DNA of 64,000 nt from an uncultured Chloroflexia bacterium (GTDB lineage Bacteria; Chloroflexota; Limnocylindria; Limnocylindrales; CSP1-4): positions 2,867-66,866 of the forward strand of contig CAWJIC010000076.1 of the NCBI GenBank assembly GCA_963842755.1, given 5' to 3'. Both the position numbers and the translations under genes were made by a program. Every line of letters starts with the position of its first letter. Within the stretch, counting starts at the first letter, position 1. Of the stretch, positions 9,779 to 18,770 are shown in pieces. The notes under the pieces are model-generated. The model was not told the DNA's origin and made no database searches. It worked only from the letters and a program-made list of their open reading frames with translations.

Positions 9779-10783
9779 GTGCGCGCGGTCGTGTTCCCGA
9801 GGGTCGGCAGCATTGAGGTCCGCGACGTGCCTGAGCCAGAGCCCCGCCCGGGCTGGCTCATCGTCGAGGTCGGTGCGTGCGGGATCTGCGGCACGGACCT
9901 GCACATCCTGGCCGGCGAGTTCCCGCTCGCCACGTACCCATGCATCCCCGGGCACGAGTTCGCCGGCACGGTCGTGGCTGACGGCGACGGCGTCGAGGGG
10001 TTCACGCTCGGCGACCGGGTCGGGGTCATGCCGTCCGTCTTTTGCGGCTCGTGCCACTTCTGCCGGAACGGTCGGGCGAACCTGTGCGAACGCGGCGGCG
10101 GGTTCGGGACGTCGTTGCCGGGCGGGTTCGCCGAACGGGTCGCCGTCCTTCCTACGCACGCCTACCACCTCCCGGACCACCTCTCGTTCGCCGAGGCGGC
10201 GATGATCGAGCCACTCGCCTGTGTCGTCCACGGCTTCCACCGGCTGGCGCCCCGGGCCGGGCAGAGCTACCTCGTCTACGGCGCCGGGACGATGGGCCTG
10301 ATGCTCGCCCAGTACGCGCGGTTCGCCGGTGGGCGGACGGTCGCCCTGGTCGATACGAACCCGGCCAAGCTGGAGCGGGCGCGCGAGTTCGGGTTCGAGG
10401 TCCTCGGGGCCTCGCTCGACGACGTCCGCGCCGTCGCCCCGCTCGGCTTCGACAACGTCATCGAGGCGACAGGGGTGACCAGGGTCGCCGAAACCGCGTT
10501 CGATGCGGTCATCCGGGGCGGGCGGCTGCTCCTGTTCGGGGTCTGCCCGCCCGGCGAGAAGGCGGCCTACGAGGCCTTCCGGATCTACAACAGCGAGATC
10601 GACGTGATCGGCTCGATGGCGGTCTTCGACAGCTACGAACCGGCCCTCGAGGCGATGGCGGCCGGCGCGATCGACGCACGGCGGATGGCCACCCATTCCT
10701 TCCCGATCGAGGGATTCCCCGAGGCGCTGGAGGTCGTTCGTCGCGGCCAGGGGATGAAAGTCCAGATCGTTCCCTCGCACTGA
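9779..10783 (+). CDS. Zn-dependent MDR alcohol/polyol dehydrogenase 1
   Basis: GTG follows AAGGAG. Catalytic-zinc motif GACGICGTDLH...GHEF, structural-zinc motif CGSCHFCRNGRANLC, Rossmann motif GAGTMG. Confidence 0.85.
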   Translation: MRAVVFPRVGSIEVRDVPEPEPRPGWLIVEVGACGICGTDLHILAGEFPLATYPCIPGHEFAGTVVADGDGVEGFTLGDRVGVMPSVFCGSCHFCRNGRANLCERGGGFGTSLPGGFAERVAVLPTHAYHLPDHLSFAEAAMIEPLACVVHGFHRLAPRAGQSYLVYGAGTMGLMLAQYARFAGGRTVALVDTNPAKLERAREFGFEVLGASLDDVRAVAPLGFDNVIEATGVTRVAETAFDAVIRGGRLLLFGVCPPGEKAAYEAFRIYNSEIDVIGSMAVFDSYEPALEAMAAGAIDARRMATHSFPIEGFPEALEVVRRGQGMKVQIVPSH

Positions 10784-10845
10784 ACACCGGCGACCTCGTC
10801 CCTCGTCCGGCCCCCGGCACTTTACCGTTAAGGAGTGAACCTGCG

Positions 10846-11889
10846 ATGCACCCGACGACGATGAAAGCGGCCGTCCTACATGCCGCTCACGACCTGCGTA
10901 TTGAGAAGGTGCCGGTCCCGGAGCTGGGTCCGGAGGATGCCCTGGTCCGCGTTCGAGCGTGCGGGATCTGCGCATCGGATGTCCACTACTACGTCCACGG
11001 CCGGATCGGGAAGTACGTCGTCGAGGAGCCGATGATCGTCGGCCACGAGCTGGCCGGCGATGTCGTCGCGGTCGGGCCTGAGGTGCGCCACCTGGCGGTC
11101 GGGACGCGCGTCGCGGTCGAGCCCGGCGTGACCTGTGGACGCTGCGCGATGTGCAGGTCCGGCCGCTATAACCTCTGTCCCGACGTCGTCTTCTATGCCA
11201 CCCCGCCGGTCCAGGGCGGGATGTCCGAGTACGCCCGGATCCGCGCGGACTTCGCCCATCCGATCCCCGACCAGGTGAGCTACGAGCAGGGCGCCCTGTG
11301 CGAGCCGATCTCGGTCGGCGTCCACTGCAGCAACCTCACCGGCGTTCGGCCGGGCGACACGGTCGTCGTCCTCGGCGCGGGACCGATCGGGCTGACGGCG
11401 ATCGTCGCCGCGCGTCAGCGCGGCGCCGGCCAGGTCATCGTGAGCGACGTCTATCCGCGCCGCCTGGAGGTCGCGCGGCAGCTCGGCGCGATCGCCGTCG
11501 ACGTCCGGACGGATGACCTCGCCCGGGTGGTGATGGATCTCACGGGTGGCCGCGGCGCCGACGAGCTGTTCGACACGTCCGGTGTCCGGTCGGTCATCGA
11601 AGCAGCCCCGGACCTCATGCGCAAGGGCGGCGCGATCGCACTCGTCGGTCTCCCCGCGGACGACAGCGTCACGTACCACATGCTCAAGGTGGTGGACAAG
11701 GAACTGTCGATCCACGGCGTGTTCCGGTATGCCAATACCTACCCGGCCGCCGTGGCGCTCGTGGCGTCCGGCCAGTACCCGGTCGAAGCCGTGATCAGCG
11801 ATCGCATCCCACTCGACCGGGCGGTCATGGCGTTCGACAAGGCTCTCAACGAGAAGGACAGGGCGATCAAGGTCATGGTGACGCTCTGA
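10846..11889 (+). CDS. Zn-dependent MDR dehydrogenase 2 (sorbitol/L-iditol dehydrogenase-like)
   Basis: ATG at 10846 follows AAGGAG. Motifs ACGICASDVHYYVHGRIG, GHELAG, CGRCAMCRSGRYNLC and GAGPIG. Confidence 0.85.
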   Translation: MHPTTMKAAVLHAAHDLRIEKVPVPELGPEDALVRVRACGICASDVHYYVHGRIGKYVVEEPMIVGHELAGDVVAVGPEVRHLAVGTRVAVEPGVTCGRCAMCRSGRYNLCPDVVFYATPPVQGGMSEYARIRADFAHPIPDQVSYEQGALCEPISVGVHCSNLTGVRPGDTVVVLGAGPIGLTAIVAARQRGAGQVIVSDVYPRRLEVARQLGAIAVDVRTDDLARVVMDLTGGRGADELFDTSGVRSVIEAAPDLMRKGGAIALVGLPADDSVTYHMLKVVDKELSIHGVFRYANTYPAAVALVASGQYPVEAVISDRIPLDRAVMAFDKALNEKDRAIKVMVTL

Positions 11890-11924
11890 TCCCCCGACCA
11901 GCGTCCACAGGAGGTCCACGTTCC

Positions 11925-12944
11925 ATGCGCGCCTTCACGATCACGGCGCCCAACCAGGGCGAGGTCCGCGAGATTCCGATGCCCGTCCCGGGCCCGGGAG
12001 AGGCCGTCCTGAAGGTCGCCTACTGCGGCATCTGCGGCACCGATTACCACATCTACCAGGGCGACTTCCTGTCCCCGTACCCACTCGTCAACGGCCACGA
12101 GTTCAGCGGCGTCATCTCGGCCCTCGGTGATAGGGTCGACGGCTGGCAGGAGGGCGACCGGGTCGCCGTGGATCCGACCCTCTACTGCGGCCACTGCTAC
12201 CACTGCCTCCGCCGACAGGCGAACCACTGCGACCACTGGGGCGCCATCGGCGACACGGCGACCGGCGCGCTCGCCGAATACGTCCGCGTCCCAGCCCGGA
12301 ACCTGTTCCGGGTCGAGGACCACGAGACGCTCGAGGAGGCCGCCTTCACCGAGCCACTCGCCTGCGTGGTCTGGGGCGTCGAGCGGCTCCGGGTCGTGCC
12401 CGGGAATCACGTCCTGATCTTCGGTGCCGGTCCGATCGGCGGCCTGCTGACCCAGATGCTCGACCTGAGCTGCACGGCCGACGTCACGGTCGTCGACGTC
12501 ATGGACGAGAAGCTGCGGGTCGTCCGCGAGCTGGGGGCCACCGCGACGTTCATCAACGGCCCCGATCTCAAGGTCCAGCTGATGGACCGAACCAGGGGCC
12601 GCGGCTACGACATCGTCCTCGACTGCACCGGCGTCGCGCCGGTCATCGAGGGGATGTTCGAGTACGCGGCGCCCAATGCCAAGATCATGTTCTTCGGGGT
12701 CGCGTCGCCGAAGGCCCGGATCAGCATCAGCCCATTCGACGTCTACCACCAGGACTGGGAGATCCTGGGCTCGATGGCGATCAACTACACCTTCCAACAG
12801 GCACGCGACCTGCTGGCCGCAGGGCGGATCAAGGTCAAGCCGCTGCTGACCCGCGTCGCCGGACTCGAGGAGGTCGCCGACATCCTCGGCCGACCGAAGA
12901 CGGCCACCGAGCTGAAGACGCTCGTCCGACCGAACGTCGACTGA
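11925..12944 (+). CDS. Zn-dependent MDR dehydrogenase 3
   Basis: ATG follows AGGAGG. Motifs YCGICGTDYHIYQGDF, NGHEFSG, CGHCYHCLRRQANHC and GAGPIG. Confidence 0.85.
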   Translation: MRAFTITAPNQGEVREIPMPVPGPGEAVLKVAYCGICGTDYHIYQGDFLSPYPLVNGHEFSGVISALGDRVDGWQEGDRVAVDPTLYCGHCYHCLRRQANHCDHWGAIGDTATGALAEYVRVPARNLFRVEDHETLEEAAFTEPLACVVWGVERLRVVPGNHVLIFGAGPIGGLLTQMLDLSCTADVTVVDVMDEKLRVVRELGATATFINGPDLKVQLMDRTRGRGYDIVLDCTGVAPVIEGMFEYAAPNAKIMFFGVASPKARISISPFDVYHQDWEILGSMAINYTFQQARDLLAAGRIKVKPLLTRVAGLEEVADILGRPKTATELKTLVRPNVD

Positions 12945-12962
12945 CCGTTCTCGCCTGACGCG

Positions 12963-12996
12963 CCGAGGCCGCCGGGCGCGAGCTCGGCGGCCTCGG
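12963..12996. terminator. GC-rich hairpin between convergent operons (candidate bidirectional terminator)
   Basis: CCGAGGCCGCCG (12963-12974) pairs perfectly with CGGCGGCCTCGG (12985-12996), giving a 10-nt loop. It lies between the stop at 12944 (+) and the stop at 13051 (-). There is no U-tract. Confidence 0.4.
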
Positions 12997-13050
12997 GGAT
13001 CGGGGGGTCGGCCGGAGGAGCTGACCGAACCCCCGTTTGATTCCCGCGCC

Positions 13051-14001
13051 TCAGCCGGAGGCCGACTCGGGCTGACTCGCGCCGGCCATGAAGGCGAGGG
13101 TCTCGGCCATGGCACGGATCCCGTCGTACGCACCGAGGGCGGTCACACAGCAGGCTGCGACCGCGTTTCCGAGGCGACCCGCCTCGGCGAGGTCGCGCCC
13201 GGACAGGACTCCGGCAATGAACCCTGCGCACCAGGCATCGCCTGCTCCCGTCGAGTCGACCGCCGCGACCGGGAACGCCGGCACGGTGACCTCCTCGCCC
13301 TCCGTGCCGCGCAGGTAGCAGCCGTCCTCGCCGAGCTTGATCCCGACCGTACCCACGCCCCGATCCTGGAAGGAGCGGGCCATCGCGCCAGGGTCCGTCA
13401 GGCCGGTGATGTGCTTCGCCTCGTCGTAGCTCGGCAGGAAGTAGTCGAGCAGCGGGAGGCACGGTGCGACCTTGTCGGAGAGCCTCCCGGTCGCGTCCCA
13501 GACGGTGTCCAGAGCCGTCAGCATCCCGTAGTCTCGCGCCTGCGCGAGTGCGCTCGCCGCCGACCAGTCGAACCGGCCGAGAAGCCCGAACTGGGCGACG
13601 AAGAAGACCCGGGAGCGGGCCGCCAGCGACCAATCGATGTCGGTGGCGTCGAACGTCCCCATCGCGCCAAGGGTGTGGAGCATGCAGCGCTCGCCGCCCG
13701 GGAAGACGAAGACCATGCTCGCCGACGTCCCGGTGTCGGTCGTGGCGAGGCCCGCGACGTCGATCCCGCGGTCGACGAGTGTTCGGACGAGGAAGTCGCC
13801 GAGACCGTCACGCCCGATCCGGCCGACGAGGCGGGCCGGGACGCCGAGGCGAGTGAGCGCGCTGGCCGAGTTGACCGCGCAGCCGCCGGGCGCGAGCCGC
13901 ATCTCATCGACGAGCTCGACCCGCCCGGGGTTCGGCATCACCCCCACGGGGCAGGCCAGGATGTCGGCGACCGTCCCACCGACGCAGGTGACGCCATCCA
14001 T
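13051..14001 (-). CDS. PfkB-family sugar(-phosphate) kinase
   Basis: 316 aa with the ribokinase-like motif GAGDAWCAGFIAG near the C-terminus. It is the last gene of the lacI-pfkB-aldolase-pfkB operon. Confidence 0.85.
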   Translation of the reverse strand: MDGVTCVGGTVADILACPVGVMPNPGRVELVDEMRLAPGGCAVNSASALTRLGVPARLVGRIGRDGLGDFLVRTLVDRGIDVAGLATTDTGTSASMVFVFPGGERCMLHTLGAMGTFDATDIDWSLAARSRVFFVAQFGLLGRFDWSAASALAQARDYGMLTALDTVWDATGRLSDKVAPCLPLLDYFLPSYDEAKHITGLTDPGAMARSFQDRGVGTVGIKLGEDGCYLRGTEGEEVTVPAFPVAAVDSTGAGDAWCAGFIAGVLSGRDLAEAGRLGNAVAACCVTALGAYDGIRAMAETLAFMAGASQPESASG

Positions 14002-14016
14002 CTGACGCCTCTCCCG

Positions 14017-14928
14017 CTATGCCAGCTCGGCCAGCGCCGCGTCGAGGTCCCGACGCACCATCGCGACCGTGAGCGCCCGGGTCATCTTGGCCGGATCTTC
14101 ATGCTGCCAGACGTTCCGGCCAATCGTCAGGCCGACCGCTCCCGCCTCGGCGGCCGCGATGACGTCGGCGAGCGTCTCCCGCTGGGTCGGTCGCTTGGGG
14201 CCGCCGAGGATGACGACCGGCACGGGCGACTCCCCGACGATCTCCCGGAAGCGAGCGGGGTTCCCGCCGTACTCGAGCTTGAGGATGTCGGCGCCGATCT
14301 CGATCGCCATCCGGGCTCCGTCGGCGTTGAGCTCCGCGCGGGCGTCGGCATCGGCCGGGACGTCCTCACCCCACAGGTAGGGCTCGATCATCAGCGGCAT
14401 CTCCCACAGGCGGCATTGCTCGGCAGCATCGGCCAGGTAGGCGAGGTTCTCGGCCGTCGCAGCCCGGTCGGGGTCGCCCATGAGGAGCATCGTCTTGACA
14501 CAGTCGGCGCCGAGGCGGATGGCCTCCTCGACGCTGATCTGGGGCACGTGGGCAACGCCCGCACCCTGGCCACGCTGCGCTCGGTGGATGATGTGATCGA
14601 GGCCAAGGACGAGGGATGGGCTGGTCCGATCGGCGAGGAGATCGGCGCAGCGGCGGGCAAGACCGGCGTTGAGCAGAACGCCGTCCGGCCTGGCGCGGAG
14701 GACGGCCTCGAGGATCCGGCGCGGATCGTGGAATCCGCCGGGAACCCCGACGATCCCGTGATCCATCGCGACGATGATCGAGAATCCGGTCTGGGAGTCG
14801 AACAGGCGGCCGAGGCGCCGCACCATGCCCGCCGGGGCGTCCGCTCGTATCAAGGTCGTGTCCTCCTCGGCCGGCCCCCGCGAGGGCGTCGGCACTGTCC
14901 CGGGCGATTCCTGTGTCTCGCGCGCCAC
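14017..14928 (-). CDS. class I aldolase, DhnA/FbaB/LsrF-like (DeoC/LacD superfamily)
   Basis: FSIIVAMDHG, GADCVKTMLLMG and DILKLEY (candidate Schiff-base Lys) resemble DhnA-type ketose-(bis)phosphate aldolases. An alternative start lies at 14826 (MVRRLG). Confidence 0.7.
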   Translation of the reverse strand: MARETQESPGTVPTPSRGPAEEDTTLIRADAPAGMVRRLGRLFDSQTGFSIIVAMDHGIVGVPGGFHDPRRILEAVLRARPDGVLLNAGLARRCADLLADRTSPSLVLGLDHIIHRAQRGQGAGVAHVPQISVEEAIRLGADCVKTMLLMGDPDRAATAENLAYLADAAEQCRLWEMPLMIEPYLWGEDVPADADARAELNADGARMAIEIGADILKLEYGGNPARFREIVGESPVPVVILGGPKRPTQRETLADVIAAAEAGAVGLTIGRNVWQHEDPAKMTRALTVAMVRRDLDAALAELA

Positions 14929-14954
14929 CCGGGCGGGCGCGCGCCGGTGATGGA

Positions 14955-16004
14955 TCAGGCCAATTCGGCCCGAACGTCGCTCGATGTGGTGGCCATGCGC
15001 GGCAGGTCGGCGCGGGCCGTCCGGTCAATAAGCGCTTCGACCTGGCGACGGGTCGGGAGCGATGGGATCGCCCCGTACGCGGTCGTGGCGAGCGCGCCGC
15101 CGGCATTCGCGAACCGGATCGCGGCGGTGAGCGCAACCTCGTCCCGGAGGATGTCCCGAGAGTTGCCGGCGGCGACCAGCTCCGACAGGAGGCAGGCGAC
15201 GAACGCGTCGCCGGCACCCGTCGGGTCGACGGCTGCGACCGCGAAGCCGGGGACATGGCCCTCCGCGCCCGCGGCCTGGAAGTACGAGCCATCGGGTCCC
15301 AGGGTCACGATCGCCAGGGTCGGCCCGACGGCGCGGATGGCTCGGCAGGCCTCGGCTGGGTCGTCCGTGCTGAACAGGAGCCGCGTCTCGTCACCGCTCA
15401 CTTTGACGACGTCCGCCAGCGGTAGCGCCGCGAGGATGGAGGAGCGGGCCCCCTCCGGGCTGTCCCACAGCTCCAGGCGGACATTCGGATCGAACGAGAC
15501 GAGGCAGCCGCCGTCGCGCGCGATCCGGGCCCCGGCAAGCGTCGCGGATCGGCCGGGTTCTGCCGCCAAGCTGACCGAGCCGAAGTGGAAGGCCCGGGCG
15601 TGCCCGATCAGCTCGGCGTCGACCTCCTCGGGCCGCAGGATCGTGTCGGCCATCCCGCGGTGGTAGAAGATGAAGCTCCGACCCCGCGCCCCGTCCAAGC
15701 CGACGAAAGCGAGCGGTGTCCTCGCATCCGGGTCTGTGACGAGGCCACGAACGTCGACGCCATCCGCCTCGAGGGTCGTCCGCAGGAAGCGGCCGAACGC
15801 ATCGCTGCTGACTTTGCCGATGAACCCCGTCGGCGTGCCGAGCCGGGCGAGTCCGACCGCGACGTTGGCGGGCGCGCCGCCGGGCGCCTTCCGGAAGGTC
15901 ATCGCCCCGTCGATCGTCTGATCCGGCCCAAGGGCGAGAAGATCGATGAGGAGCTCGCCCTGGCAGACGACGGACGGCCAGCCACCGGGCGACCCTTCGC
16001 TCAT
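14955..16004 (-). CDS. PfkB-family kinase (fructokinase/ketohexokinase-like)
   Basis: The ATG at 16004 overlaps the lacI stop (ATGA). Motifs VVCQGELLIDL, PGGAPANVAVGLARLG and GAGDAFVACLL. Confidence 0.85.
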   Translation of the reverse strand: MSEGSPGGWPSVVCQGELLIDLLALGPDQTIDGAMTFRKAPGGAPANVAVGLARLGTPTGFIGKVSSDAFGRFLRTTLEADGVDVRGLVTDPDARTPLAFVGLDGARGRSFIFYHRGMADTILRPEEVDAELIGHARAFHFGSVSLAAEPGRSATLAGARIARDGGCLVSFDPNVRLELWDSPEGARSSILAALPLADVVKVSGDETRLLFSTDDPAEACRAIRAVGPTLAIVTLGPDGSYFQAAGAEGHVPGFAVAAVDPTGAGDAFVACLLSELVAAGNSRDILRDEVALTAAIRFANAGGALATTAYGAIPSLPTRRQVEALIDRTARADLPRMATTSSDVRAELA

Positions 16005-17053
16005 GCCGTCGCCTCGCCGTGGACGGAAGGCTCCACCCGCGCTGCGCGGCCAGGGGTCGTCCCGCACGATTCGCGGATCACCAGCCGGCCGGGCAGGACG
16101 ACCCGCTCAGGGGGGCTCTCCGGCTCGCCGGCGATCCGCGCGACGAGCAGCTCGGCGGCGGTCCGACCCAGCTCGTAGGTCGGCTGGGCGACCGTGGTCA
16201 GACGTGGCCGGAAGACGTCCGCCCACGAGAAGTCGTCGAACCCGACGAGGGCGATGTCGCGCGGGATCGCCAGGCCACGGCCTTGGATCGCCGCGACCGC
16301 GCCGATCGTCATGAGGTTGTTGGCGACGAAGAACGCCGTCGGTCGTGGATCCACGTCGAGGACCGCATCGGACGCGAGGCGGGCCGGTTCGGTCCGAGAA
16401 CCGCCTGACACGATGAGGCGGTCGTCGACCGGGATCCCCGCCTCCTCGAGGGCGTGACGATAGCCGGCGATGCGATCGATCGTCGACGTGATGAGCGGAC
16501 GACCGGCGACCATGGCGATCCGTCGATGACCGAGGCGGATCAAGTGGCGAACGCCATCCCGCGCTGCCATCTCGTTCTCGAGCATCACCGACGTCATCGG
16601 CAGGTCGGGGACCTCGCGGTCGAGGAAGACGAGCGGGAAATGGGCCCGAGCGAGGCGGACGAGGTAGTCGTGCCGGACGCCGGCCGGTGCCAGGATCAGG
16701 CCGTCGACCCGGCGTGCCGCAAGGATCCGGAGGTAGGCCGCCTCCTTGGCCGGGTCCTCGTCGCTGTTGCACAGGATGATGGTGTACCCGCGCTCCTGGG
16801 CGACATCCTCGACCCCGCGGACGACGGCGGTGAAGAAGGGATTGCCGATGTCCGAGATGACGAGGCCGAGCGTGTTCGAGCGCTTGGTCTTGAGCGATCG
16901 GGCGACGGCATTCGGCTCATAGCCGAGGTCCTGCATCGCGGACAGGACGCGCTCGCGCAGGTCGGGTGAGACCCACCGGGTGTTGTTGAGGACGTGCGAG
17001 ACGGTGCTCGTGGAAACGCCCGCTCGTTTAGCAACGTCCCGCGTGGTGCCCAC
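16001..17053 (-). CDS. LacI-family transcriptional repressor
   Basis: GTG at 17053 follows GGAG. HTH motif TTRDVAKRAGVSTSTVSHVLNN plus a periplasmic-binding-fold C-terminus. The longer ORF reaching 17146 would cover its own operator. Confidence 0.9.
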   Translation of the reverse strand: MGTTRDVAKRAGVSTSTVSHVLNNTRWVSPDLRERVLSAMQDLGYEPNAVARSLKTKRSNTLGLVISDIGNPFFTAVVRGVEDVAQERGYTIILCNSDEDPAKEAAYLRILAARRVDGLILAPAGVRHDYLVRLARAHFPLVFLDREVPDLPMTSVMLENEMAARDGVRHLIRLGHRRIAMVAGRPLITSTIDRIAGYRHALEEAGIPVDDRLIVSGGSRTEPARLASDAVLDVDPRPTAFFVANNLMTIGAVAAIQGRGLAIPRDIALVGFDDFSWADVFRPRLTTVAQPTYELGRTAAELLVARIAGEPESPPERVVLPGRLVIRESCGTTPGRAARVEPSVHGEATA

Positions 17054-17078
17054 CTTGCCTACTCCAGTCCTCGTCTTT

Positions 17079-17102
17079 CGAAACGGTTGCGCAATCGTTT
17101 CG
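17079..17102. promoter_or_regulatory. LacI-family operator (24-bp palindrome), autoregulatory site
   Basis: CGAAACGGTTGCGCAATCGTTTCG. Its reverse complement CGAAACGATTGCGCAACCGTTTCG matches the site at 6008-6031 at 23/24 positions. It lies 26 bp upstream of the lacI start. Confidence 0.65.
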
Positions 17103-17130
17103 ATCGTAGCACCATGGCGCGGTACGTCAA
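17103..17130 (-). promoter_or_regulatory. promoter of lacI-pfkB-aldolase-pfkB operon
   Basis: On the minus strand: TTGACG (17130-17125), 16-nt spacer, TACGAT (17108-17103), abutting the operator. The geometry matches the promoter at 5978-6007. Confidence 0.5.
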
Positions 17131-17322
17131 GAGTCGCCGAACACACCGGAGAGGAACTTCCGCGCTCTCGGACAGCCAGGTGCGGACCGCACGATACGGC
17201 TCGTGCCGACGCCCGGCGACACCTCGCGTCCCGCCTGATCGTACCCGACGAGCCGGCCGGTCGAGACGAACGATGGACGGCAGCCAGCCGGCAGCTGCTG
17301 GATCGTCAGCAGGAGGATACGC

Positions 17323-18354
17323 ATGCGCGGAGTCGTACTGCCAGGGGGTTCGCGCGTCGAGCTGCGCCAGTTCCCCGACCCGCAGCCGGGCATCGGCCAG
17401 GTCGTCGTGCGGATGAAGGCATCCTCCATCTGCGGCAGCGACGTCCGGGCGATCTACCGGGAGCACCTGGGCACGGGTGCCGAGGGTTACGTCGACGGGA
17501 CGATCGGCGGCCACGAGCCGTGCGGCCAGGTCGAAGAGATCGGTCCCGGCGTCACCAGCGTCAAGCCGGGAGACCGGGTGGCGATCTACCACATCGCCGG
17601 CTGCGGACACTGTCGCGACTGCCGGGGCGGCTTCATGATCAGCTGCAGTTCCCCGCGGCGAGCCGCGTACGGTTGGCAGCGGAACGGTGGGCACGCCGAC
17701 TTCCTGCTCGCCGAGGAGCGGACACTCCTGCCGCTCCCCGACCAGCTCAGCTACGTCGACGGCGCGCTCGTCGCGTGCGGCTTCGCCACCGCTTGGCAGG
17801 GGATCCTCCGCTCGGGCGTCTCGGGCCGCGACCGCGCCCTGGTGACCGGCCTCGGCCCGGTCGGGCTCGCGACGCTCATGCTCGCGGTCGGATCGGGCGC
17901 CGAGGTCTACGGGGTCGACATCAATCCCGCCCGGCGTGCTTTCGCCAAGAAGCTCGGGGCGACCGAGGTCTTCGGTCCGGAGGAAGCGGCCGACCACGTC
18001 CGCCAGCTCACCAGGGGCAAGGGAGTCGAGGTCGCGATCGACTGCTCGGCCGCGACGAGCGCCCGCCTCCTTTGCCTCGGATCCGCCCGCCAGTGGGGCC
18101 GTGTCGTCTTCGTCGGGGAGGGCGGTGAGGTGACGTTCGCGCCGAGCCCGACCCTGATCCACCACCAGCTCATCCTGAATGGCTCGTGGGTGACGGGACT
18201 CGGCGAGATGGAGGACCTGCTCGAATTCCTCGTCCGCAGGGAGATCCGCCCGGAGCGGACGGTGACCCACAGGTACACGTTGGAGGAGACGGGCGAGGCC
18301 TACCGGGTGTTCGACGCCGGGGAGACCGCCGGCAAGGTCGTCATCATCCCCTGA
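17323..18354 (+). CDS. Zn-dependent MDR dehydrogenase 4
   Basis: ATG follows AGGAGGA. Motifs ASSICGSDVRAIY, GGHEPCG, CGHCRDCRGGFMISC and GLGPVG. It is divergent from lacI. Confidence 0.85.
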   Translation: MRGVVLPGGSRVELRQFPDPQPGIGQVVVRMKASSICGSDVRAIYREHLGTGAEGYVDGTIGGHEPCGQVEEIGPGVTSVKPGDRVAIYHIAGCGHCRDCRGGFMISCSSPRRAAYGWQRNGGHADFLLAEERTLLPLPDQLSYVDGALVACGFATAWQGILRSGVSGRDRALVTGLGPVGLATLMLAVGSGAEVYGVDINPARRAFAKKLGATEVFGPEEAADHVRQLTRGKGVEVAIDCSAATSARLLCLGSARQWGRVVFVGEGGEVTFAPSPTLIHHQLILNGSWVTGLGEMEDLLEFLVRREIRPERTVTHRYTLEETGEAYRVFDAGETAGKVVIIP

Positions 18355-18374
18355 CTCCGGAGCGTCGCCGCGCC

Positions 18375-18540
18375 TTATGCGACCTCGCGGCGGATCGTCA
18401 ACGCGGCGAGGACGACGAAGAAGGCGGCGATCCCGGCGAGCGCCGCCAGGTCCAGGCGGACCGTCGCCGAGGCGAGGTCGGCGCCGGCGATCATCACCGA
18501 GCGGAGAGCCTCCACGGCGTAGGTCAGGACGCCAGCAGCA
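18375..18540 (-). pseudogene. ABC-2-type permease, C-terminal fragment only
   Basis: The minus frame reads AAGVLTYAVEALRSVMIAGADLASATVRLDLAALAGIAAFFVVLAALTIRREVA-stop. This matches the conserved C-terminus of ABC-2 permeases. No N-terminal part is present. Confidence 0.5.
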
Positions 18541-18589
18541 GGCTCTTCGCCCCGTCCACCTCCTTGGTCGAGCCACCATCGGTGACCCG

Positions 18590-18770
18590 GTCAGGCAGGG
18601 CCATCGAGCCCTCGGTGAGATAGCGTCGCTCGGCGATCGCCCACTCGTCGTGGACCTCGAGCAGGACCGCCCCGGCAAGCCGGAGCACGGCCGCCTCGTT
18701 GGGGTGGCTCGCCGGGAATGCCGTGAACGCGGTCACCTCCTCCTTGGCTGCGCTGAGTATCGCCGCCACG
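18590..18770 (-). mobile_element. IS256-family transposase remnant (C-terminal ~50 aa, internally deleted)
   Basis: FPASHPNEAAVLRLAGAVLLEVHDEWAIAERRYLTEGSM matches the conserved IS256/mutator transposase tail (FPN..a.lRL.gA.l.E..dEW....RY). No catalytic region is present. Confidence 0.55.
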
